Virus record (IMG/VR): IMGVR_UViG_3300030100_000755
Span: 19,987-83,986 of that record
From: a virus
Taxonomy: Duplodnaviria; Caudoviricetes
Length of the DNA: 64,000 nucleotides
Reading direction: 5' to 3' (one strand)
Notes under the pieces: generated by a model
What the model was told of the DNA's origin: nothing
Databases searched by the model: none
The model's input: only the letters and a program-made list of their open reading frames with translations
Position numbers and translations under genes: made by a program
Shown here: positions 1 through 8,962 of the stretch, one piece after another
Layout: the number at the start of each line of letters is the position of its first letter
Numbering within the stretch: the stretch's first letter is position 1

Positions 1-740
1 CTTCTGAAATATATTTGCCCCATCTTAGCAACAGAGTGTGTAGCCATAACAGGTTTATCGTAATAACCCACACCTTGTTCCTCCCTAGCTTTAGGTATAA
101 TGTATTTACCCACCAATTTGTCATAGGTAGCATAACAAGTACGCTTATACTTCATACCGAAACCAAAATCCCGGTTAAACCAAAATGTAGGATTGTCATC
201 ACGGAAATGAGCATATATGGTTTTATGTCCCATAGGTACAGCCATACCATATATCTTCCACATCTTGTCATAATCCCACGACAATGATTTTAAATGTTCA
301 GTTAATGCTCGAAATACACCACCTGTTGTGAATGTGTAATGTTTATTCTTAGCAAGTAGACCTTTGTGATTCAGTAATCCAATCTTAGGGTTCTGATGCT
401 TCAACATAAACGCCATTGTTGGTTTATGCTCAGGAGGCACTCTACGCCATACATCCTTGTCTATTAGCTTACGGTAATCCTCAATTTCGTCTATATCCCA
501 CTGACCTTCCCATCTTTCAAATGGGTCATGGTCAACATGAATATGTGGTATTAACTTACCTTCATGTTGAACATCGTACTCCCCTATAAGCTCACCCATT
601 TCATCACTCATGTATCTAAATTCATTTAGCCTATGTAAATGACCATTTTTATTTTTAAGCTCCAAATAATAAGCGCGGGGTTTTCGTTCCTCTGTCATTT
701 TGTGCCAGTATTCAGGATCGTGTTTAGTTAACTTTGTCAT
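1..740 (-). CDS. Hypothetical protein, partial (runs off window start); MTKLTKHDPEYWHK...
   Basis: Own translation: ATG at 740-738 overlaps the polymerase TGA (ATGA), and the frame stays open to base 1 (246 codons). Not in the supplied ORF track. Confidence 0.75.
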   Translation of the reverse strand, partial: MTKLTKHDPEYWHKMTEERKPRAYYLELKNKNGHLHRLNEFRYMSDEMGELIGEYDVQHEGKLIPHIHVDHDPFERWEGQWDIDEIEDYRKLIDKDVWRRVPPEHKPTMAFMLKHQNPKIGLLNHKGLLAKNKHYTFTTGGVFRALTEHLKSLSWDYDKMWKIYGMAVPMGHKTIYAHFRDDNPTFWFNRDFGFGMKYKRTCYATYDKLVGKYIIPKAREEQGVGYYDKPVMATHSVAKMGQIYFR

Positions 741-2947
741 GCACCTACACCCTCTACGAGTTTCTTAGCTTCACTAATATAGTAATCATAATTAATATCC
801 CAATCAAACTGCTTCATATTATTACACGTTTTAGCAAGCCATGATGCATCAATACCAAACTCCCTTTCTTTCTCAGGATCTTTAGGTACAGGGGGCATAA
901 TTTTAACTAGTTTACCACCATTATTAGCAATATAATAACGTGTGATGTTCTGTTGTAATTCTGTATTAATCAACTCACCGTCACTATCATAATAACGCAA
1001 TTCCAACCTACTACTACGAGGTACTTTTGTTCTAAGCATGAAATCAAATGGGTCTTTACATTTCTTAATTGTATGCTCAACAGGGATACCCTCAGTGATA
1101 CAACGAACAGCAGCCTCGCGAATAATTAGGGCAGACTTATTCTGATGCATATCTAAACCCTGACCACTAGGATGAGTGTGAGCATCACGATATTCATATC
1201 TACCATTCATTTTCAAATCACCACTATCATATTGAGCAATATAGTTGTTCACATCAGCAATAGCCATCATCTTATATGTGACTTTTTCCATTTCAAGACC
1301 ACACACTTTATCCCAATCACTAACAATCTTATCAACTAATTCAGCGTCACTTCTTTTAATGTAAACAGTAAGACCGTCAGTGTTACATTGAATCATTTCT
1401 AAGTCTTTAACTTGCGTTACTAATTTCTCGACCAAGTTTGTTAGCGTAAGTTGACCCAATACCGTACAGTTTATTGTACTTTGTGGATCATAGAACACAC
1501 TGTATTTGTTATTAGTATTACCATACACCGAGTTAAGTGCGAGTTTATATGCTAAGTTAAGATTACTACCTTTGGGATGCTTCTTACGCTCCAAATACAA
1601 GTCTTTATAAATATCACAAAATTCCTCACCCAAATGTTCAGGGTGAATTTTATTCGATATGAATATATTAGGGTACATTGACGCATAATCGTAATCCACA
1701 ATAATATACTCATCGTTAGAATAATATGTTTTATTTTCAACAGATGCGTGAATGCCACCCGTACCATAAACTAAAGTAAAACCATTAATAACAATGTTAA
1801 GGGTCTCAGTCATTCGCCAATTAAATGACCAAGTAGTCTTACCAGATTTAAGATAATTTCGCTTAACCCAACCCATAGGGTGTAACTTCATTAATTCATC
1901 AATATCCTTTTGATTTGGTTCACCATATAGTTCATTCTCAGTCTTAATTCGCTCATCATCAGATAAGTCAGTTTTAAGTTTATCAAGATAAGGTTTACGA
2001 ATTTCACGACCTTTTAATTCCTTAGTTTTTAACTTAACTGACTTGATTTCCATTTCACAATACTTAGCAAGTTCACCCAAGTTATGCTCTTCAATATCAG
2101 AGAACACGCCTTTGGTTTCAGTAATCTTTTGCTTACGTAACCAAGTCATTAGTGCTTTAAATTGCGGTAACTCAAAATCAATGTAATCTAATTTAAGATC
2201 ATTAAAATCAATGAACTTCCTTTTAGTCTGACGCATGACTTTTTTACCATCTGGTAAGGTCTTGTAACAGGAATCGGGATTCTCACTCTCTAATTGCATC
2301 TGGAAGAATTGATTACCTATTTTACTATCATTAAAATTAGTGAAGTCAATACCATATTTCTCAGTAAGCTCTTTACGTAAATTAATCGCCTCTTGCATCT
2401 TAGGTGAATTGTAAAACTTCAATGTTTCCATAACATCGTGCTTGTTGTATTCAATCAACTTATCAATTTGCTCACCAGTTAGAATACTACCAACATCATA
2501 AGGTAAGTCCTCGATGTTCTCAGAACGACTATTAAACTCAATCATTTTCAAACTAGTAGCTTTTGCCTTATTGTCGTAATGATTGATTTTGTATAAATCC
2601 AACTGTTTCAACCACTCCTTGTTTTTAGGTACTAAGTGTTTAAACTTATCACCATTGTTACCATCTTCAATAATTTCTTGCGCATACTCAAATATTTCAA
2701 GTGGTGTGGTAATTTCTTTACGTAACCACTTGTGTAGTATTGGACTATCAAAACCTACTGAATTGAAACCAACCATTACTGTTTTATTTTTATAAATATG
2801 ACCAAGATGCTTGCGCAAACGCTTTGAATCATCTTTCCTGTCTGATATTTCAAACACATAAATCTTGCGCTTGTTGGGGTCAATAAAGACCCCTGTAAAC
2901 GCGTTTGGGTACGTTTCCAAATCGTAAGCCACGATATCACTCATCAA
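737..2947 (-). CDS. Family B DNA polymerase with 3'-5' exonuclease domain
   Basis: ExoI YDLETY, motif A DYDYASMYP, motif B KLALNSVYG, motif C NTDG. Confidence 0.9.
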   Translation of the reverse strand: MMSDIVAYDLETYPNAFTGVFIDPNKRKIYVFEISDRKDDSKRLRKHLGHIYKNKTVMVGFNSVGFDSPILHKWLRKEITTPLEIFEYAQEIIEDGNNGDKFKHLVPKNKEWLKQLDLYKINHYDNKAKATSLKMIEFNSRSENIEDLPYDVGSILTGEQIDKLIEYNKHDVMETLKFYNSPKMQEAINLRKELTEKYGIDFTNFNDSKIGNQFFQMQLESENPDSCYKTLPDGKKVMRQTKRKFIDFNDLKLDYIDFELPQFKALMTWLRKQKITETKGVFSDIEEHNLGELAKYCEMEIKSVKLKTKELKGREIRKPYLDKLKTDLSDDERIKTENELYGEPNQKDIDELMKLHPMGWVKRNYLKSGKTTWSFNWRMTETLNIVINGFTLVYGTGGIHASVENKTYYSNDEYIIVDYDYASMYPNIFISNKIHPEHLGEEFCDIYKDLYLERKKHPKGSNLNLAYKLALNSVYGNTNNKYSVFYDPQSTINCTVLGQLTLTNLVEKLVTQVKDLEMIQCNTDGLTVYIKRSDAELVDKIVSDWDKVCGLEMEKVTYKMMAIADVNNYIAQYDSGDLKMNGRYEYRDAHTHPSGQGLDMHQNKSALIIREAAVRCITEGIPVEHTIKKCKDPFDFMLRTKVPRSSRLELRYYDSDGELINTELQQNITRYYIANNGGKLVKIMPPVPKDPEKEREFGIDASWLAKTCNNMKQFDWDINYDYYISEAKKLVEGVGA

Positions 2948-4829
2948 TTACCTCCCAATCGTGTTCTTCTTGTTTTACATCATAATCACTGTCATCAATA
3001 ATGTCATTACTTTCACCAAATAAGATTGGGTCTGGCTCATCATTCTCAATATAAGGATTATTAGTTGGGTAAAAATGCGTAGTGTCATTATCATAGCGAA
3101 CCCAACCAGCTTCACCAGTAAGACCTGTCCTACGACACTTAACCAATAACAGCCTAGTAGAGTTACGCTTGTTAGGATCATCACTAAGCTTATCACGACT
3201 AAATAAAACAGTGTTAAATGCAATCTGGTTAATACTACTGCTACCTAACAATGAATACTCACTGATGTTATGGGGGTCATCAGAATCAGGTTTACGCATG
3301 TGACTAACAAGAATAACAGCGGTATCAGTCTTTTTAGCAAATTTCAACACTCTATCCATGAAATCAATGATTGCGCTATTATCAGACGAGTTAACACCAG
3401 CTTGTAACGGGTCAAAAATTATTACATCCGCGCATTCAACCTCAGCAAGATAGTGAAACTTATCAAATATATCTTCTGTACTACACGCACCCTGATGGTC
3501 TACGAACGCAAACTGATCTTTACTTGCTAATGAGTTCATATAACGATTGCGTAATTGCGTCATGTTTAATTCAGACCTATCAGCAAGACGTAAGTTAACT
3601 CTCATATCAAGACTCATTAAATCACGAACAATTTCACGCTTAGTACCCTCTAAGTAGAACGCACCTACTTTAAATTTAGTGTTGTCAATTAAATGGTAAA
3701 CAATATTGTTGATAATACTTGTCTTACCAATTGATGTATATGCACCCAACACAGTGATTTCACCTTTTTCAATACCACCACCTAATTTATCATTCAATAA
3801 TGACATTGAAGCTGGAAAAGGTATTTTAGTGTTTAAGTCCTCTTTCTCAAAATCCTCCCACATTTCAGATAAATGTAGGACATCGACAGGGCTATAACGT
3901 TCAGCCTTGAAATATGCTGATTTAATTTGCTCCCACTCACCTCGCTTTGAATGCTCACAAGCATCTTTACGCTTATACTTCGCAATCTTTGCTTGCCCTG
4001 CTTTCATTATCTTAGCAATCTTTTCAGCACCTTCACGACCAGCATCGTCTTGGTCATACATAATGATTACACTTTCAAATGAACTCAACCATTCATAATT
4101 AGCACGAATTTGAGCAACAGCACTTTCACCACACTGTGTTGATACGACAGGGGTAATGAACTTGCTAACTTTCATCACCTTTTTACCAAGTTCTGAATTA
4201 AATACTTTCTCAGTATTAAGGGCAGTGAATACAGCACGAGCATCTGCTTGACCAGAACACAGAACAACAAACTTACCGCCTTTCTCAAACTTATTCTGAC
4301 CAAACAACTTCGTGGAAGCACGAACATCACCCACTGAATAGAATGGAGCACCTTGTACTTTCTTACCTTCATTTTTGGCTTTCTTTACTGCGTCATTACG
4401 AACATGATAACCTACTAATTGGTCTTTCTGATTATAAGCAGGGCAATATTCTTTAACTAGTTCTTTGTTAGCACCATCACCCTTAACGTCAGAACGAACA
4501 CCATAAAACTCATTAACTAGGGCTGGTATTTTACGCTCAGGCCAACCGTGAATCTTCTTATTACCAATAAATTCTAATTGCTCTTGAATTTCTTCTGTTA
4601 ACACGTAACCTTTTTTATTGCTAGAAGATGATACAGCCTCAACCAACACTTCATTAGCGCCATCAGTAACACCAAGCTCTTTCAATTCTTTAGGTTTCAT
4701 ATAACCACAATTTGACCAACAATTACCATCAACATGATTCTCTTTCTGATACAACGCCAAAGGATCTGAACCACCACATTTAGGACAAGCGAAATGACCA
4801 ATCAATTCACCTTGTTCTAGTTCTTCCAT
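2937..4829 (-). CDS. Primase-helicase (T7 gp4-like)
   Basis: N-terminal Zn finger CPKC...CWSNC, TOPRIM (YDQDDAG), DnaB-type helicase Walker A (GAYTSIGKT), IIFDPL, VSHMRK, KCRRTG. Confidence 0.93.
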   Translation of the reverse strand: MEELEQGELIGHFACPKCGGSDPLALYQKENHVDGNCWSNCGYMKPKELKELGVTDGANEVLVEAVSSSSNKKGYVLTEEIQEQLEFIGNKKIHGWPERKIPALVNEFYGVRSDVKGDGANKELVKEYCPAYNQKDQLVGYHVRNDAVKKAKNEGKKVQGAPFYSVGDVRASTKLFGQNKFEKGGKFVVLCSGQADARAVFTALNTEKVFNSELGKKVMKVSKFITPVVSTQCGESAVAQIRANYEWLSSFESVIIMYDQDDAGREGAEKIAKIMKAGQAKIAKYKRKDACEHSKRGEWEQIKSAYFKAERYSPVDVLHLSEMWEDFEKEDLNTKIPFPASMSLLNDKLGGGIEKGEITVLGAYTSIGKTSIINNIVYHLIDNTKFKVGAFYLEGTKREIVRDLMSLDMRVNLRLADRSELNMTQLRNRYMNSLASKDQFAFVDHQGACSTEDIFDKFHYLAEVECADVIIFDPLQAGVNSSDNSAIIDFMDRVLKFAKKTDTAVILVSHMRKPDSDDPHNISEYSLLGSSSINQIAFNTVLFSRDKLSDDPNKRNSTRLLLVKCRRTGLTGEAGWVRYDNDTTHFYPTNNPYIENDEPDPILFGESNDIIDDSDYDVKQEEHDWEVIDE

Positions 4830-4904
4830 ATATTACCTCCAAGTTTAGATGTGTGTCTAAAAACCTTATATTATACAGATTTCCAATATAGGTCAAGACA
4901 TTTT

Positions 4905-5417
4905 ATGAATACAAAAATCACCACGCGATTACCCACTCTGACTAAACCGAGGCAAGAAAAGTTCCTAGAGTTATTGTCTAAGACAGGTAATATGTCACGC
5001 TCTGCTGCTGAATTAGGACTAAGTTATAGCACAGTATCATCACTCATGTCAAAGGATGAGTATTTTAAAGAGATGGTACAAATTGCTAAGGCTAAGTATT
5101 TAGGTAAGCTTGAGGACACGGCTTATAAACGCGCTGTGGATGGCGTAGAGGAGAATGTGTATTTCCAAGGGCAGATTATCGACACTAAGACAAACTACTC
5201 TGATAAGCTGTTAGAGACACTATTAAAGGCTGCTTCACCAGATAAATATGGTGCTAAGAATAACAACCAAACAAACAACACATTAATCGTAACAGACAGT
5301 GATAGTACTGTTGCAGCACTAGAGAAATTCTTGAAGATTAAAGATGATGATAAATCTGAGGAATCTGAGGATGGTGGTGACGATGATGTGATTGACGGAG
5401 AATATAGTGAAGAATAA
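4905..5417 (+). CDS. terS: Terminase small subunit (putative)
   Basis: HTH-like QEKFLELLSKTGNMSRSAAELG, then KRAVDGVEE..YFQG..YSDKLLETLLKA..PDKY typical of TerS; acidic tail. ATG 4905 preferred over the GTG 4851 of the ORF track. Confidence 0.75.
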   Translation: MNTKITTRLPTLTKPRQEKFLELLSKTGNMSRSAAELGLSYSTVSSLMSKDEYFKEMVQIAKAKYLGKLEDTAYKRAVDGVEENVYFQGQIIDTKTNYSDKLLETLLKAASPDKYGAKNNNQTNNTLIVTDSDSTVAALEKFLKIKDDDKSEESEDGGDDDVIDGEYSEE

Positions 5418-5432
5418 GAAATGGTCTAATAA

Positions 5433-5660
5433 TCATTTCTTACACCCCATATCTTCATAAAGCTGGTCTTGTTCATCTATTCGTAATAACAAAGGAATAA
5501 GGTCAGCCTTGATAGCCTTGTCTATTTCAACATTAGTGGGTTTAATTTGCTCAGCAACTAAGCAGTAATCAGTGGTTGTTACGCTTACGCATCCGCTCAA
5601 TACGTTCAGCATCAGACAACTCACCACTATCTTGCCTAGACTCTTTAGCTTTAGATACAT
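5433..5660 (-). CDS. Outer-membrane spanin (Rz1-like lipoprotein)
   Basis: Signal peptide with lipobox VLSGC; overlaps the 3' end of the i-spanin gene. Confidence 0.75.
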   Translation of the reverse strand: MYLKLKSLGKIVVSCLMLNVLSGCVSVTTTDYCLVAEQIKPTNVEIDKAIKADLIPLLLRIDEQDQLYEDMGCKK

Positions 5661-5793
5661 TATCTATGACCCCCTCTTGTTGCTTAACACGCTCTTTATT
5701 CTTACCTGATTTAACAGCTTCATATAAGATAAAGCCAAACAATAAAAGCATTAATAGTACACCATATATCCATGACTTTATCTTATTTAACAT
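5569..5793 (-). CDS. Inner-membrane spanin (Rz-like)
   Basis: One N-terminal TM helix, then a charged helical tail; overlaps the lipoprotein gene. Confidence 0.7.
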   Translation of the reverse strand: MLNKIKSWIYGVLLMLLLFGFILYEAVKSGKNKERVKQQEGVIDNVSKAKESRQDSGELSDAERIERMRKRNNH

Positions 5794-5796
5794 ATT

Positions 5797-6003
5797 TTAT
5801 GCCTTATCTTTTGGCTTAGCATTACCAACGTTAATAGCAAATACGTTAGCTATTGATCTAATAAAATCTAATACTTTACCAACGGCGTTGTCATCTTTCT
5901 TAGTTGGAGTTAAAGCGGCAATAGCAGATGCAGCAGTAACCAACATAAAGATGGCGTTTAACCAAGCTGGTAAATCTTCAACAAACTTTAGTAACTCATT
6001 CAT
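5797..6003 (-). CDS. Holin (putative)
   Basis: 68 aa, hydrophobic segments around the TPTKKDD motif, located in the lysis cluster. Confidence 0.65.
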   Translation of the reverse strand: MNELLKFVEDLPAWLNAIFMLVTAASAIAALTPTKKDDNAVGKVLDFIRSIANVFAINVGNAKPKDKA

Positions 6004-6019
6004 AACTTATAACCTCATT

Positions 6020-6409
6020 TTAATGTGTAATTTTTAATACCCAACTTTCATCACCAAAATACTTCATTATTTTAAGTAATGCTTTCTTGCTGTCAACACC
6101 CATATACTCCTCACCACCAATTTGTTTTAACTTCATACATGGTGCAATACAACCAGCAAGTTGTTGTACATAATTAGCGGGGTGTAATTCTATTGCAAAT
6201 CTAGGCGCTACTTGTTCATCCCTAACTCTATAATATTGCCAACGCCCAGTAACATCCCTATCTATAATATAGACACCTTCAGGTATGCAAGAAACATTAG
6301 ATTCGTTATTTAACCACGGCCTTTCTAGTGTAAAGATTTCATCACCATTAGGTAATATAATAACACCAGTAGTACAACTCTCATGGTATTTACGCCTAAG
6401 TGTCAGCAT
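6020..6409 (-). CDS. DUF5675-family protein, candidate endolysin
   Basis: TLERPW...SCIPEGVY...IELHPAN...GCI pattern; occupies the endolysin slot upstream of holin and spanins. Confidence 0.7.
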   Translation of the reverse strand: MLTLRRKYHESCTTGVIILPNGDEIFTLERPWLNNESNVSCIPEGVYIIDRDVTGRWQYYRVRDEQVAPRFAIELHPANYVQQLAGCIAPCMKLKQIGGEEYMGVDSKKALLKIMKYFGDESWVLKITH

Positions 6410-6848
6410 TTACCCTCCGCTCATATTTATCACGTATTCTTTCAGCATCTCGTTTCATTGGTAAGAATGCATCTTTAATACTTTTAATAAAATCGTGTCG
6501 ATAAATAATATCAATCAGTTCAGACTTATCAATAGGCTTGCGAATATAATCAATAACACCAAGATGTAATGTAGCAATGACATTCTCAGGATCATCACTT
6601 GCCGTTAAGAACATGACAGGTATATCCCTCGTTAATGGATTTAGTTTCAAATCCTTACACAATGTAGTACCACTCTTATGAGGCATTTCATAATCGAGCA
6701 ACACAAAAGATGGCTGCTCTTTCTGAATGACCTCTAGGGCTAATTCTGGATTTGATATACCAATACAATTATAACCAGCGCTTTCTAATTGATTGGTAAA
6801 CATCTGTAAATCTATGTCATTGTCATCTACAATTATAATTGTACTCAT
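6396..6848 (-). CDS. Stand-alone CheY-like response-regulator receiver protein
   Basis: IIVDD acidic pocket, LLDYEMP phospho-Asp, FLTA Thr, YIRKP Lys. Confidence 0.92.
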   Translation of the reverse strand: MSTIIIVDDNDIDLQMFTNQLESAGYNCIGISNPELALEVIQKEQPSFVLLDYEMPHKSGTTLCKDLKLNPLTRDIPVMFLTASDDPENVIATLHLGVIDYIRKPIDKSELIDIIYRHDFIKSIKDAFLPMKRDAERIRDKYERRVNADT

Positions 6849-7138
6849 TTGTTCGTCCTGTTCATTAAGTGAAGCATTAATCCGTCCATTCTTTTCTCTA
6901 AACTATTAGCTGCTTGTAATGAACTATCAGCTAATGATCTAGTATCACCCTTAATCCCTTCTACATCTTTCTTGATTGGGGTTAATGCACCATTAATCAT
7001 CTTTTCTACTTCTTCACGACTAACAGACTCACTTGCTTTCTTGTTTAAGTTTTTGAGCGTATACCAAAACCACCCAAAAACCCCCGCCCCGATTAACGAC
7101 ACTATTGCCATTATCGCATCCTGTATCGTTAACTCCAT
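6845..7138 (-). CDS. Single-TM membrane protein with coiled-coil tail (holin/antiholin-like)
   Basis: N-terminal TM helix AIMAIVSLIGAGVFGWFW; first gene of the lysis cluster; ATGA-coupled to the receiver gene. Confidence 0.5.
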   Translation of the reverse strand: MELTIQDAIMAIVSLIGAGVFGWFWYTLKNLNKKASESVSREEVEKMINGALTPIKKDVEGIKGDTRSLADSSLQAANSLEKRMDGLMLHLMNRTNK

Positions 7139-7159
7139 AATCTCCCCTTAATTATAAAT

Positions 7160-7810
7160 TTATGACCAGTCTAAGTTAGCCATGTAATTATCAATCTCTT
7201 GTTGAGTTTCTAATGCATTAATATAATCTTTGTGTTGACGCGCTTTATATACATAATGCTTCTTGTGTGCAGCCACAGTTTGGCCTAGTTGTTGCAACTC
7301 AGATGACGTTAATTCAACTTCAATATTATCAACAGTGAGCCATGTAGTGTCCACACCAGACAATACTGCACCCATTAAATCACTAATAGATTGTTGATCT
7401 GTTTGATATGTGTGATTATTAAATTCAACCCCACCATGTATATAACCATCACGTAGTGAATTGATTGATGATTTAGCGTTATTACGAAGTAGGTCGATGC
7501 CAATAGGTGATACAGATACATCAGAATTAGAGTCATCATGCAGTTCCCATAACTTTTCCCACACATTAATCTCAACATCAACCATCTTAGGTTGTTCTTC
7601 CGTGATGTCATTACCCTCTTCATCTTGCCCTACAACAACTTCTTCTGTTCCTTGCTGTTCTTGGGTGTAACGTTTGAAGTCTTCACGTATTACCCCTGAG
7701 TGAGTAGGCAAACCTTCACCTTCATCCCATACCCAAGAAACAGCACCATCTTCATTTTCTTTGAATGTATCGACTTTTAAGAAGTCATTTTCGTCTATAA
7801 ATGTAAGCAT
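7160..7810 (-). CDS. DUF4376-like tail fibre-associated protein
   Basis: C-terminal GVEFNNHTYQTDQQS...WLTVDN..V.LT pattern; follows the tail fibre gene. Confidence 0.7.
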   Translation of the reverse strand: MLTFIDENDFLKVDTFKENEDGAVSWVWDEGEGLPTHSGVIREDFKRYTQEQQGTEEVVVGQDEEGNDITEEQPKMVDVEINVWEKLWELHDDSNSDVSVSPIGIDLLRNNAKSSINSLRDGYIHGGVEFNNHTYQTDQQSISDLMGAVLSGVDTTWLTVDNIEVELTSSELQQLGQTVAAHKKHYVYKARQHKDYINALETQQEIDNYMANLDWS

Positions 7811-7822
7811 TGTTATGATTCC

Positions 7823-8884
7823 TTAGAAGTTTACTTTTATTTTTGAAGAAGCGTCCCCTGTACGTAATTCTACATGATTACCCGTCCCCACTGAGCTGCT
7901 CAATGTAATGTTGATTACTGCTACCCTACTGGACGATTGTCCTTGCAAAGATAGCGTAACATTAGACTCAATTAGTACGTTGTTACTGAACACAGAGAAC
8001 TGACCTTCTGTAGTCAAGCTGGAAGGAAGAGTGTTACTCATTAAGGGGAGATAAACTCTTGCAACAGTAGATGTTAACATTACTCCTGTCGCCACCACGT
8101 CCTGAGCACTGTTACCCGAAAACTCGTTAAGGTTAGTGTTACCGCTGTGATAGAGCTCTGCCCACGGTGAAAAACCCGACGAAGACGGTTTTCCTCGAAA
8201 ATATGCTTCCCTCCCGTTTATATTTATTGAAAGTTGTGTGCATAGGGTGTTTGAGTACCCCGAAGTTAGTACTGTACTAAAACCATTAGACGCACGATTA
8301 ACAGTAGAAGTATTAGTTCTTGATAGTCCTGAAGGAGCTAAGTCAAGGTTGCCTGAGATCGGAACTGAGCTAAAATCCCCCGATTCTACACCTAAACCAT
8401 AATCTAAAGGATTAACAGAGTTACCGCTGTGGAATATTCCAGCGCTATTTAATGCCGCATCACTCTGAAAGTACGCCTTGGTAACAACATCATCACTAGC
8501 AACTGGCGCAGATGCCTTTAATCGCCCATTACTATCACGTTTAGCTATGCTATTAGCCGCAGCACTGACATTAACATCACCAGCAATGCCCTCGTATGTA
8601 ACTCGTAGTTGTCGTATTTCCTCGGCAGCAGCTTTAATCTCAGCAGCAGTGGGTGCAGATATAGCGGATTGCCCTGAACCACTTGCGCCATTCCAATTAT
8701 CGAATAGCTCAATAGTCTGAGGTGTGGCTGATGTGTTAACTGTCTTAACTTCTTGTATTCGCCCATTACCAATTTGAATCCATGAATTAGGCGAGATTAG
8801 AGAAACATCATCGCCTGTATTCACCCGTATAAATTTGTTACCGTTAGTAGCGGTAACATCTGTTGCTGTAAATAATTGTGACAT
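7823..8884 (-). CDS. Tail fibre / receptor-binding protein
   Basis: Gly/Ser-rich; contains AKRDSNGRLKASAPVASDDVVTK and WAELYHSGN fibre motifs; downstream of the tail tip gene. Confidence 0.7.
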   Translation of the reverse strand: MSQLFTATDVTATNGNKFIRVNTGDDVSLISPNSWIQIGNGRIQEVKTVNTSATPQTIELFDNWNGASGSGQSAISAPTAAEIKAAAEEIRQLRVTYEGIAGDVNVSAAANSIAKRDSNGRLKASAPVASDDVVTKAYFQSDAALNSAGIFHSGNSVNPLDYGLGVESGDFSSVPISGNLDLAPSGLSRTNTSTVNRASNGFSTVLTSGYSNTLCTQLSININGREAYFRGKPSSSGFSPWAELYHSGNTNLNEFSGNSAQDVVATGVMLTSTVARVYLPLMSNTLPSSLTTEGQFSVFSNNVLIESNVTLSLQGQSSSRVAVINITLSSSVGTGNHVELRTGDASSKIKVNF

Positions 8885-8962
8885 TATTTCATCCCGTTAT
8901 TAGGTTTAATCTAGTGTGGTATTTTTGACACGTATTGTTAGGCTAGTTTGTTTTCTTCGATT

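Noticed and set aside
1750-2060. Intein in the DNA polymerase
   Set aside because: The charged insertion has no Cys/Ser N-terminal block and no His-Asn C-terminal splice motif.
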